From Candidatus Krumholzibacteriota bacterium (GTDB lineage Bacteria > Krumholzibacteriota > Krumholzibacteriia > JAJRXK01), in contig CAVSGG010000009.1 of NCBI GenBank assembly GCA_963727455.1, positions 32,001-96,000 of the forward strand: a stretch of 64,000 nucleotides of DNA, written 5' to 3'. The position numbers were made by a program, and so were the translations under genes. Below the pieces are notes generated by a model, which was given only the letters and a program-made list of their open reading frames with translations, searched no databases and was not told where the DNA came from. Shown here piece after piece: positions 8,363 through 17,368 of the stretch (position 1 is its first letter; each line of letters starts with the position of its first letter).

Positions 8363-9403
8363 TTACTGCAGTTCCGCGAGCCGGCTGTCCACGTAGTTCT
8401 GCGTGGCCGTGAGGACTGCGTTGGTGAAAGTGGTGTTGTGGACGCTCATGGTGGTGTCGTCCAGAAGCAGCAGGTAGTTCCACACTGCCCCACGCGCGTC
8501 CTCATCGACCCCCACGCCCGCCGGCACCACGGCCGAGTGACCGGAGTTCAGCCAGCCCAGAGTCTCCATGTCCGTGGCGAGAGCCTCCAGCTTGGCCGCG
8601 AAGGCGGTCTGAGCATTCTCGACCAGAGTCGTGATCGTCCCCTCGTCGCCACCGTGGCAGAGCACGCAACCCTGGGGATTGATGTACTCGGAACCGTGGA
8701 AGTTGTAAGTCATCCACCAGGAGTGGCCGCCGGCCATTCCGTCTACCGGAGGCGTCGCCATGTGGCAGGTCACGCAACCGTCGGGATTCCCGGTGTTGTG
8801 CGCGTGCAGGGCCGGGTAGGGCTGTCCGTTGAAGGAGTAGGCTCCCTTCCCCACCAGCACGTTGGCCTGCGGGCCGTGGTGCGGTCCCCAATAGGGTGAG
8901 GTGATCGGGTCGGGCGAATCGAAGGCCGGTTCGGGGGTGCGCGCTTGATGACACATCGCGCAGATGTTGCTGTTGCCCCGGTCGTAGGCCCCCGCGCCAC
9001 CCATCTCCAGATCGGTCGGACCGGAGGTGCGCAGAGCGAAGTCACCGTTGGTATGGGGAGCGTGACAGGCGAAGCAGCCGATGTTGGACGACTCCTCCAG
9101 ATCGACGGTGGCGCCGTTGTTGGCGACCCGGTACTGGAAGCCCTCGGTGGTATGGCAGCCCGAGCAGGGGGCGCTGCGGCGCACGTCGGTATCGCCGGTC
9201 GCGTGCTGGCTGGTCTCATACTCGTTTTGGATGGAAACGATGTAATTCTGCATCTGGTAGTCGTCCGTATGGCAGGCGGAGAGACAGGTCGCGGTTCCGG
9301 CGGGACCCGCGGGACCCTGTTCCCCCTGATCTCCCGTGCACCCGGCGAACGCGAGTAGTGTCATCGCCCCGATCAACAGCAAGACGGGGTTCAAGCGCTT
9401 CAT
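8363..9403 (-). CDS. Multiheme c-type cytochrome lipoprotein (5 CxxCH + 1 CxxxCH)
   Basis: Lipobox LLAFAG-C, collagen-like GDQGEQGPAGPAG linker, motifs CLSACH, CSGCH, CFACH, CAMCH, CVTCH, CVLCH. Confidence 0.88.
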   Translation of the reverse strand: MKRLNPVLLLIGAMTLLAFAGCTGDQGEQGPAGPAGTATCLSACHTDDYQMQNYIVSIQNEYETSQHATGDTDVRRSAPCSGCHTTEGFQYRVANNGATVDLEESSNIGCFACHAPHTNGDFALRTSGPTDLEMGGAGAYDRGNSNICAMCHQARTPEPAFDSPDPITSPYWGPHHGPQANVLVGKGAYSFNGQPYPALHAHNTGNPDGCVTCHMATPPVDGMAGGHSWWMTYNFHGSEYINPQGCVLCHGGDEGTITTLVENAQTAFAAKLEALATDMETLGWLNSGHSAVVPAGVGVDEDARGAVWNYLLLLDDTTMSVHNTTFTNAVLTATQNYVDSRLAELQ

Positions 9404-9615
9404 GGCATCATCCTCTCAAGTTCGATTCCCGAAGAAACACGGTGGAGGTGCCTCCTGCGGACCCGTCGACCACCGCACATGGCTTTGCCAGCCGTGCCAA
9501 ATTTGGGCGTCCACAAAAGAGGAGTCAAGGACTTCGTAAACCTGTATTTGCAAGGAGCTTTCAGAGCGGAGCAGATGGCGTGAGTTCGGCGGAGAAGACG
9601 CGCTCCGAGCGGGCT

Positions 9616-10146
9616 TCAGCCGAGTCGCTTCCAGTACACTTCCTTCGCGTCGTTGGCAGCATAGAAGTCCGGATAGCTCACCAAGTGCTCGAAGCCGCTG
9701 GAAAGGTAGAAGTGACGCGTGGGCTCATACTGCGGCTTCCCCGAGGTCTCGATGTAGATTTGCCGGCCATTTTTGCGCTTAATTTTCGCCTCAAGCTCCG
9801 CCAACAGCCAGTGGCCGATCCCCTCCGAACGGTGCTTCTGGTCCACCGCGATCCAGTAGAGGTCGTAGCTGCCCTCGGTGCAGGCGATCTCGCCGTAGCA
9901 GCAGTAGGCACAGGTCAGAGGCTCCTCCGGCGAGGAGCCCGCGGACTCGACGAAAAGAAACTCGTAGCCACTCGCCGCTCCCCGCACCCGCCTCTCCCGC
10001 ACCAGTTCCACCGCGATGGCGCACTCCTGTGGACTGAAGTAGCCGCTGGACCGCACGATTCTCGCGACGGTGTCCTCGTCCTGCGGCCAGAGCCTCTCGC
10101 GAAGGAAGAACCCGGCCGGAATTTTAGCCACGCCCTCTGCCTGCAT
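9616..10146 (-). CDS. GNAT-family N-acetyltransferase
   Basis: YDLYWIAV, acetyl-CoA loop RSEGIGHWLL, IETS...Y..TRHFY...GF. Confidence 0.88.
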   Translation of the reverse strand: MQAEGVAKIPAGFFLRERLWPQDEDTVARIVRSSGYFSPQECAIAVELVRERRVRGAASGYEFLFVESAGSSPEEPLTCAYCCYGEIACTEGSYDLYWIAVDQKHRSEGIGHWLLAELEAKIKRKNGRQIYIETSGKPQYEPTRHFYLSSGFEHLVSYPDFYAANDAKEVYWKRLG

Positions 10147-10150
10147 CGTG

Positions 10151-11917
10151 TCACTCTCCCCTGGCTTTGGTGGGGGAGTACGCCCCCCCCATTCCCTCCA
10201 CGAGCCCTTCGAAGAACGCGCGCGCGTTCGTGCCCAGATTGCGCGTCCGGTAGCCGCCCTCCTGCACCACCACGGTGCGCAGCCGCGCCGCGCCGATGCG
10301 CCGGCCGTTCGTGCGAAAGTCCGCCGGACTCAAAGACCAAGTCCCGGTGGGGTCGCCCTTGGCCGTGTCCAGTCCGAGAGCCACCACCAGGAATTGCGGT
10401 GCGAATTCCTCGATTTTGCTCAGAGCTTTGCTCAAAGTACTTCCGTGGCGCTTCCCGTCCACTCTCTCGGGCAGAGGGAAGTTCCAGTTGAAGCCTTCAC
10501 CCTGCTCCGCTCCGCTCTCCTCGGCGAAGCCGGAAAAGTAGGGATAGGCAAAGCTTGGATGGCCGTGGATGGAGACGGTCAAAACATCCGCCCGCTCGTA
10601 AAAGATCGTCTGTTGGCCGTTCCCGTGGTGGTAATCGATGTCGAGGATTGCCACCTTTCCGTGAGCGCTCAAAAAGTTCGCGGCGATCGCGTTGTTGTTG
10701 AAGTAGCAGAATCCGCCAAAGGCCGCGTGCTCCGCGTGGTGACCCGGCGGACGCACTAAAGCATAGGCGACGCGCTCGCCGTGGAGGACGGCCTCGGCCG
10801 CGGTCAAGGCGCAATCCACCGCCGCGAGCGCGGCGGTGAGTGCATTCGAGTTGAGCGGAGTGAAGGTGTCCATGCAATAGTATCCGGCCCGCACCGAGAG
10901 TTCCTTGGGAGCTCTCGCCTGATTGCGCAGGGGAAAAACGTAGGGATAGACCGACTTTCCCTCGGGCAAGCCCCGGCAGACTTTTTTGAAGAACTCGAAA
11001 TAGCTGCGGTCGTGTACCGCGAGGACGTGCGATTCCGCGAAGTGCCGCGCTTTCACTTCCCGAAACAGCGCGCTCTGATCGAGTTCCTTTCGGATCGCAC
11101 GAATACGCACCGGAGCCTCGACATAACCACGATCCTTGACGTGGTGAATTTCGTGACGTGCGTTGGCCACCAACACGATCGGGGCGAAGGCCTCTTTGAG
11201 TCGCGGATTCTCGCGCATTTTTGGCGCGCGGTAGCGCCTCGATCTCACTTGCACGGGATCGTCGACGAAAGAGGCGACGACCTCGTCGACGTAGCTCGAT
11301 TCGAAGGCCTGTCGATAACGTTTTTGAAGAATCGCTCTGACGATCTTGCGCGCCGCATCGCGGCGCAGGGCCTGGCCCGTCCCCAGATCGTCGTAGACGA
11401 GGTGGGGCATTCCCTTGCGGCCCCCATGCGGAGATAGTTCGTACTTGGTATTGACGATGGGCCGGGCCCCGTACCTCTCGTAGAAGCGCAGGCGCGCCAC
11501 GTTCTGCGAGTACTCCTCTTCGCTCGCACATTCATCGCGCTCGTCAGGAAGACACTCGAAGAACACGCCCAACACTCCCAGGGAACGCGCCTCCTCCCGA
11601 ACGCGTTCGTACAGGGCGCCTCCAATACCGGAGCCTCCCTTTTGCAAATCGGTCGCAATGTAGTCGAGGTAGAGGAAACGGTTGGCCCGGTCGTGAAGCA
11701 CCATCGCAAAGCCCCGCACCGCGCCGCGTGCGTTGTCCGCCACGAAGAGGAGGCTGCGGAATCGAAATTCGACGGGATCGTTCAGGCGCCGCGGCAGATC
11801 CGCGACTTCGCTCTCATCGAGACCGGGAAATCTCTCGCGCAGGATCTCCTGCACGCGCTGCATCTCTTGCCGGTCGAAAGGCAAGGAATCGTCGAAAATA
11901 CGCCGAATGCGGAACAT
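10151..11917 (-). CDS. GNAT-like domain fused to a histone-deacetylase / acetylpolyamine amidohydrolase domain
   Basis: N-terminal YLDYIAT...GSGIGGALY...RLRFYERYG; C-terminal RPPGHHA, GGFCYFNN, DIDYHHGNG, LGLDT, QEGGY. Confidence 0.9.
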   Translation of the reverse strand: MFRIRRIFDDSLPFDRQEMQRVQEILRERFPGLDESEVADLPRRLNDPVEFRFRSLLFVADNARGAVRGFAMVLHDRANRFLYLDYIATDLQKGGSGIGGALYERVREEARSLGVLGVFFECLPDERDECASEEEYSQNVARLRFYERYGARPIVNTKYELSPHGGRKGMPHLVYDDLGTGQALRRDAARKIVRAILQKRYRQAFESSYVDEVVASFVDDPVQVRSRRYRAPKMRENPRLKEAFAPIVLVANARHEIHHVKDRGYVEAPVRIRAIRKELDQSALFREVKARHFAESHVLAVHDRSYFEFFKKVCRGLPEGKSVYPYVFPLRNQARAPKELSVRAGYYCMDTFTPLNSNALTAALAAVDCALTAAEAVLHGERVAYALVRPPGHHAEHAAFGGFCYFNNNAIAANFLSAHGKVAILDIDYHHGNGQQTIFYERADVLTVSIHGHPSFAYPYFSGFAEESGAEQGEGFNWNFPLPERVDGKRHGSTLSKALSKIEEFAPQFLVVALGLDTAKGDPTGTWSLSPADFRTNGRRIGAARLRTVVVQEGGYRTRNLGTNARAFFEGLVEGMGGAYSPTKARGE

Positions 11918-11921
11918 GACC

Positions 11922-12944
11922 TCATGCCCGGTTCAGGAGCAACCCTTTCGGGTTTCTTCCCGCTCGTGCCGCGAGAAGAATTTGGGTGACGACCTCAGAA
12001 CGCGAGAGGCCGGCCTGCTCGGCCGCCGCCATGAAGCCGGCATCGGCGGAGAGACACGGATTCGGATTCACCTCGAGAATCCACTCCCGGCCGGCGTTGT
12101 CCACACGAAAATCGACGCGAGCATAACCACGCAAGCCGAAGAGCCTCCAGCACGCCCTGGCCGCCTCGGCGAGGCGATCCAACAGATCCTGGTCGCCGGC
12201 GCCCTCGACGAACTTGCGAACGGTATGTCCGTAGTCGAAGGAGCTCTCATCCCACTTCGCGGCGTAGCCCACGAGCTTCCGCTTGCCGGCCGGATAGTCG
12301 ACGAAGCACATCTCGGCGATGGGAAGTACGTCGGGCTGCCCGCTCTCCCCTTCCAGAAGTGCGAGATTGAACTCACGCCCCTCGATCCAGGCTTCAGCGA
12401 AGGCCTCACCGCCCAGATTCGAGCGACGCTGGACAATCTCCTCGCGGAGTTCCTGCGGCGAGGTCGCCAGGACGACCGAGGAATCATCGAGCCCCAGTGA
12501 GGCGTCCTCCCAGACCGACTTGACGATGTACTCCCCGGGCCAGAGCGCCGGCCCCTCGATCTCTCCGTCCTGGCTCATGAAGGCCGGAGTCGGCAGCCCG
12601 CTGGCCAAGAGGAGGCGCTTGGTCCACACCTTGTCGCTGCAGAGCACGATGGCCCCGGTGGGAGCACCGGTGTAACCGATCTCCAGCCGATCCAAGAGCG
12701 CCGGCACCAGATGGATCAGTCGTCCCTCGCCGTCGAGAGACTCCACCAGATTGAAGATGAGATCGCAGCCCTCATCCTTCAGCTTCTCTTCGAACTCGTG
12801 CAGAGGAAGGCTGGCGCCCAGACTGCTCACCCGGTGACCGAGCGCGCTCAGGGTCGCCGCGATCTCCTCGACCTGCACCATCCCGTCGCGTTCATCCGGA
12901 CGGCCGGTCAGGGCCCGCTCGTCGTGGGCCAGCACGATCTTCAT
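11922..12944 (-). CDS. D-Ala-D-Ala ligase-like ATP-grasp enzyme (second paralog)
   Basis: Starts MKIVLAHD at 12944 (ATGA overlap); DLIFNLVE, IVKSVWEDASLG, IEGREF, GYARVDFRVD, LEVNPNP. Confidence 0.87.
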   Translation of the reverse strand: MKIVLAHDERALTGRPDERDGMVQVEEIAATLSALGHRVSSLGASLPLHEFEEKLKDEGCDLIFNLVESLDGEGRLIHLVPALLDRLEIGYTGAPTGAIVLCSDKVWTKRLLLASGLPTPAFMSQDGEIEGPALWPGEYIVKSVWEDASLGLDDSSVVLATSPQELREEIVQRRSNLGGEAFAEAWIEGREFNLALLEGESGQPDVLPIAEMCFVDYPAGKRKLVGYAAKWDESSFDYGHTVRKFVEGAGDQDLLDRLAEAARACWRLFGLRGYARVDFRVDNAGREWILEVNPNPCLSADAGFMAAAEQAGLSRSEVVTQILLAARAGRNPKGLLLNRA

Positions 12945-13951
12945 GACGCCATGCTCGCCTGCAACGCTGGACTTCCCTCCGCGATGCGCTTGGTGGCCGA
13001 GGCAAGGATCGCCGCGATCAGATCCCGGTAGGACATGCCCACCGCGGTGCAGGTCATCGGCAGATCCGAGTGAGAGGGGTGCATTCCGGGAAGCGGATTG
13101 ACCTCCAACACGTAGAGTTGTCCGTTCCCGTCCTCGCGTAGATCCACGCGTCCCGCATCCCGGCAACCCAGGGTGCGCCAGGTGGCGAGCGCCAGCTCGG
13201 CGCAACGGGCAGCGGCTGAGGGGTCGGTGAGGAAGTAGTGCACCAGGCTCTCGCATTCCTCCTTGTTCCGATAGGTATAGGCGTGGGCATCGGCCTTCTC
13301 GTCGTAGCCCAGTTCGAGCGTCCCGATCACCGTGGCCTCCTCGCCGGTACCGACGATGCTCGTGGTGAACTCCCTGCCTTTGAGGTAGGGCTCGACGAGC
13401 GCGGGTTGCCGGTACTCCTTCAGGATGGAGAGGCACCTCCGGCGTAACTCTTCGGGCTCCTCGATCTTGGAATTGGAGTCGATTCCCTTGGCGGTTCCCT
13501 CGGCCACTGGCTTCGCGAACACCGGAAAAGGAAAAGTCACCCGCGCCAGGTCCCGGGCGGACTCCACGACCACGAAGTCCGTGGTCGAGATGCCCGCGCT
13601 GCGCAGCACGTGCTTCGTCATCCCCTTGTGCAGAGTCAGGGCACACACCAGAGGATCGGAAAAGGTGTAGGCGATTCCGTAGGCCTCCAGCAGCGCGGGG
13701 ACCTGGGATTCCCGGCCCACGCCCCAGAGTCCCTCGCTGATGTTGAAGACCAGATCCCAACGGTCCTTTGCCGCGAGTCGCCGGGTCAGGGCCTGGACAT
13801 GTCCGATACGATCCACTTCGTGACCGAGCGCCACGAGCTCCTGCTCGATGGAAACGATGGTCCCCTCGCGATCGAACTCGGCGGTTTCGCTCTCGCTGTA
13901 GCCCATCGCCAGATACTCGTCACGCAGGTCGAAGGTCATGCCGATCTTCAT
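12941..13951 (-). CDS. D-Ala-D-Ala ligase-like ATP-grasp enzyme (first paralog)
   Basis: Starts MKIGMTFDL at 13951 (ATGA overlap with kamA); DLVFNISEG, AKPVAEGTAKGI, GREFT, GRVDLR, LEVNPLPG. Confidence 0.87.
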   Translation of the reverse strand: MKIGMTFDLRDEYLAMGYSESETAEFDREGTIVSIEQELVALGHEVDRIGHVQALTRRLAAKDRWDLVFNISEGLWGVGRESQVPALLEAYGIAYTFSDPLVCALTLHKGMTKHVLRSAGISTTDFVVVESARDLARVTFPFPVFAKPVAEGTAKGIDSNSKIEEPEELRRRCLSILKEYRQPALVEPYLKGREFTTSIVGTGEEATVIGTLELGYDEKADAHAYTYRNKEECESLVHYFLTDPSAAARCAELALATWRTLGCRDAGRVDLREDGNGQLYVLEVNPLPGMHPSHSDLPMTCTAVGMSYRDLIAAILASATKRIAEGSPALQASMAS

Positions 13952-15297
13952 GAGGCCTTCTCCTTCTTCCCGCGCCCTCCACGGGCCGAGCTCGTCACGG
14001 GATCGGGGTAACGGTAGATGTTCCCCTCGAAGTTCCTGAGCAGAACGTCGTTGCCATCCCGGCCCACCACGGATTGCGGGAGCAGGGGAATCTTCCCCCC
14101 ACCACCGGGCGCGTCGACCACGTAGGTGGGGACCGCATAGCCGGTGGTGTGCCCACGCAGACCTTCGAGGATCTCCAGACCCTTCTCGATCGGCGTACGG
14201 AGATGACTCGATCCGGAGATGGGATCGCACTGGTAGATGTAGTACGGCCGTACCCGCGCGCGCAGCTCGGCGTGCTTCAGGGCCTTCATGGTCTCCACGT
14301 CGTCGTTCACACCCCGCGTGAGCACGGTCTGACTGCCCACCGGAATGCCCGCGTCCGCCAGCCGCTCGCAGGCCTGAATGACCTCTGGGGTGAACTCGAC
14401 CGGGTGCATGGTGTGAACGCTCAGCCAGAACGGGTGGTAGCGTTTCAGCATGGCCACCAGTTCCGGAGTGATCCGCTGCGGAAGGACCAAGGGAATCTTG
14501 GTGCCGATGCGCAGGAACTCCACGTGCTTGATTGCCCGCAACCGCGAGAGAAGCCACTCCAGCCTCTCGTCGGTCATGGTCAGCGGGTCGCCACCGGAGA
14601 TCAGGACGTCCCTGATTTCTGGGTGCTCGGCGATGTAGTTGATCGCGACCTCGTACTGCGCATACGAGGCGTGAAACTCGGTAGAGTGTCCCACCATGCG
14701 CGCCCGCGTGCAGTAGCGGCAGTAGGTCGCGCAGAAGTTGGTCACCAGGAACAGGACGCGATCGGGGTAGCGGTGGATCAAACCCGGAACCACGGCATCC
14801 GTCTCCTCACCCAGGGGGTCGTCCGCTTCTCCCGGGGTACGCAGGAGCTCTCCCCGCACCGGAATCATCGTCTTCCGGATGGGGTCCTTGGCGTTCTGGG
14901 TGTCCATGAGGGAGGCGTAGTAGGGGGTGATGCCCAGAGGCAACCGCCCGCCGATCCGCTCGATGGTGGCGCGCTCACTGCGACTGAGGGTAAAGATGCG
15001 TTCCAACTGGGCGAGGTTGCGGATCCTCGAGTGCAGTTGCCAACGCCAGCTGTTCCACTCCTCCAGACTGGCCTCGGGGAAGAACAGACGGCGGAACTCG
15101 TCGCTCCGCTCGCTGACAGAGAACACCGCACCACTCTCGGACACGAGGGTATCCGATGCGGCGGATTCGCTGAGTTGTGGTTGAGGAAGGTGACGGGACG
15201 CCGGCTGAGCCTCAGCGGCTTGCCGATTCCGGTGAGCCAGGGGGGGTAAGCCAGGCGCCGGAGGTTCCGAGTCGAGACTCGGACTGAACTTGTTCAT
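13948..15297 (-). CDS. kamA: KamA-family radical SAM/PLP enzyme (lysine 2,3-aminomutase type)
   Basis: HRYPDRVL, CATYCRYC, VLISGGDPL, RPYYIYQCD, VDAPGGGGK (PLP lysine); true start may lie downstream of 15297. Confidence 0.88.
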   Translation of the reverse strand: MNKFSPSLDSEPPAPGLPPLAHRNRQAAEAQPASRHLPQPQLSESAASDTLVSESGAVFSVSERSDEFRRLFFPEASLEEWNSWRWQLHSRIRNLAQLERIFTLSRSERATIERIGGRLPLGITPYYASLMDTQNAKDPIRKTMIPVRGELLRTPGEADDPLGEETDAVVPGLIHRYPDRVLFLVTNFCATYCRYCTRARMVGHSTEFHASYAQYEVAINYIAEHPEIRDVLISGGDPLTMTDERLEWLLSRLRAIKHVEFLRIGTKIPLVLPQRITPELVAMLKRYHPFWLSVHTMHPVEFTPEVIQACERLADAGIPVGSQTVLTRGVNDDVETMKALKHAELRARVRPYYIYQCDPISGSSHLRTPIEKGLEILEGLRGHTTGYAVPTYVVDAPGGGGKIPLLPQSVVGRDGNDVLLRNFEGNIYRYPDPVTSSARGGRGKKEKAS

Positions 15298-15488
15298 TTA
15301 CTTCCTTTGCCCACCAGGTGGGCGGCTGGAGCATGAGCCCGTTACACAAATCGCCCCCCCTTGGACACGACGGGAGAGCGAGGATCACGAGACTGGTTCC
15401 AACGGTGCCATAAAGAGGTCTATTTTTCGCTGACGTCAAGGGCCACTGTGGGTTTTGGAACAACTTTTTTTCAGGCGCAGGCCGTGCC

Positions 15489-15854
15489 TCAGTCGAGGCT
15501 GTCCGCCTTGGCCGCCGCAGCCTGAGCTCCCAGGCGACGGATCTGCACCACCACCGAGTCCAGCTCGGTGTCGGTGATCCCGGAAATGCCCTGCATGCGG
15601 CCCTTGCCGTAACGGGCGATGCGGCGGATCCGCTCGTCGCTGTTGTAGCGTTGGAAGACGGGATCGCGCAGGTCGATGTCCTCCTTGGCCATCTTGCTCG
15701 CGGTGGTGGAGGAGCCATCGATCTCGTGGCAGCGAGCGCAGCGGTAGGCGTAGACGCCGGCAGGACTCGGATCCTCCGGCTTGTGGGAGCAGGCCGCCAG
15801 GGCCATCAAGAGAAACAGACCGGCGAGGAAAACTCTCGGGCGAGGCGCGCTCAT
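15489..15854 (-). CDS. Monoheme cytochrome c lipoprotein
   Basis: Lipobox LAA-C, CARCH, distal G.GRM methionine ligand; start ATG 15854. Confidence 0.8.
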   Translation of the reverse strand: MSAPRPRVFLAGLFLLMALAACSHKPEDPSPAGVYAYRCARCHEIDGSSTTASKMAKEDIDLRDPVFQRYNSDERIRRIARYGKGRMQGISGITDTELDSVVVQIRRLGAQAAAAKADSLD

Positions 15855-15858
15855 GGAC

Positions 15859-17298
15859 TCACCCCGCCGTGATGCGCCTGAGTTGCAGCAGGTTCGTGGA
15901 TCCCGGGATCTGCATGGTCCCACCCAGGACGACCACGGCCTCGCCCTCCTCCACCAAGCCATCATCCAGCAGGAGGCGATCCCCTTCCTGCAGCAGCGAG
16001 TCGGTGTTGTGGGCGAAGGAGGACTCATAGGGTGCCACACCGTGCAGCAGAGCCATCTGCCGGCAGACCCGCGGGTCGGGACAGAAGGCGATGATCGGTA
16101 CCTTGGGCCGCAGCTTACTCAGGACGCGCGCGGTCCGGCCGCTCAGGGTGTAAGCCACGATCAGGCGCACTTGGGTTTCCTCGGCCAGATGCCGGGCCGC
16201 CCACGCCATGGCGCGTACGGCCGGACTGAAGCGGGTCGGGTGCTGGGGGTTCTTCTCGGTGTCGGCGTAGAACTCGGAACGCTCGGCCTCGATGGCGATG
16301 CGGTTCATCATCTCGATGGCCTCGACGGGATACTCGCCTGTCGCGGTCTCCGCCGACAGCATCACCGCGTCGCTACCGTCGAAGATCGCGTTGGCCACGT
16401 CGCTGGCCTCAGCGCGGGTCGGACGGAAGTTGTGTACCATGCTCTCCAGCATCTGGGTCGCGGTGATGACAGTGACGCCGCGCAGATTGGCGGCGCGAAT
16501 CAGTTCCTTCTGCAGCCTGGGAACCCTTTCGGGGGCAAGCTCCACCCCCAGGTCTCCGCGTGCCACCATGATGGCGTCACTCACCTCTAGGATCTCCTCG
16601 ATCTGCTCCACCGCCTGCGGCTTTTCGATCTTGGCGATGATTCCCGGCCCGCCCCCCATGGACTCGATCTCACCCCGAAGCTGGCGGATGTCCTCGGCCT
16701 GTCGCACGAAAGAGAGCGCCACGTAGTCGACGCCGGCTTTCATCCCGCACACGAGATCCTCGCGATCGTGCGCGCCCATGGCGGGGGCATTCAAGGCGCG
16801 GCCGGGAACGTTGATTCCCTTGTGTGGCAGCAAGCGTCCCCCGTGCACGACGCGCACCAGGAGTTCGCTGGCAGACTGCTTCTCCTGAACTCTCAGTTCG
16901 ATGAGTCCGTCGTCCAGGAGGATGGTGTCGCCCAGCTCGAGGTCCTCGGCCAGGCCCCCGTAGGTGCAGGAAATCCGCGCGGCGTCGCCCACGATTTTTT
17001 CCGTCGTGATCACCAACTCGGCGCCGTTTTCGAGCCTCACCCCCGAGGAATTGGCCAGTTCGCCCACGCGCAATTTCGGGCCCTGGAGGTCCAGCATGAC
17101 CGCCAGCTGGCGCCCCCGCTCCTCTCCCACCGATCGTACCGTTTCCACCGCGCGCTTCAAGAACTCGTGGTCACCATGGCTGGCATTGATGCGCGCCACG
17201 TCGAGACCGGCATCGACCAGACGTCCGACGACGGAGGCCTCGATGCTGGAGGGCCCGAGGGTGGCGACGATGCGGGTGGATCGACGTGGCAGTTGCAT
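15859..17298 (-). CDS. pyk: Pyruvate kinase
   Basis: TRIVATLGP, DLQGPKLR, AKIEKP, IMVARGDLGVE, TATQMLESM, RPTRAEASDVANA, AVMLSAETA. Confidence 0.96.
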   Translation of the reverse strand: MQLPRRSTRIVATLGPSSIEASVVGRLVDAGLDVARINASHGDHEFLKRAVETVRSVGEERGRQLAVMLDLQGPKLRVGELANSSGVRLENGAELVITTEKIVGDAARISCTYGGLAEDLELGDTILLDDGLIELRVQEKQSASELLVRVVHGGRLLPHKGINVPGRALNAPAMGAHDREDLVCGMKAGVDYVALSFVRQAEDIRQLRGEIESMGGGPGIIAKIEKPQAVEQIEEILEVSDAIMVARGDLGVELAPERVPRLQKELIRAANLRGVTVITATQMLESMVHNFRPTRAEASDVANAIFDGSDAVMLSAETATGEYPVEAIEMMNRIAIEAERSEFYADTEKNPQHPTRFSPAVRAMAWAARHLAEETQVRLIVAYTLSGRTARVLSKLRPKVPIIAFCPDPRVCRQMALLHGVAPYESSFAHNTDSLLQEGDRLLLDDGLVEEGEAVVVLGGTMQIPGSTNLLQLRRITAG

Positions 17299-17368
17299 GA
17301 GGTCCTCTGAGCGAGTAGCAGCAAGACGAGGAATTCGCAGAATAGCAAGCCGGGGACAAAAGGGCCAG

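Noticed and set aside
11922-14557. Long N-terminal extensions on the two Ddl-like ORFs (612 and 538 aa)
   Set aside because: The extensions overlap upstream genes in other frames; the true starts are at ATGA overlaps 12944 and 13951
13948-15297. EF-P beta-lysylation enzyme EpmB, or glutamate 2,3-aminomutase
   Set aside because: No efp/epmA nearby, the protein is longer than EpmB, and the lysine-binding aspartates are retained
15395-15412. sigma54 promoter for the kamA operon (TGGCAC on the minus strand)
   Set aside because: No GC at the -12 position (TGGCACCGTTGGAAC)
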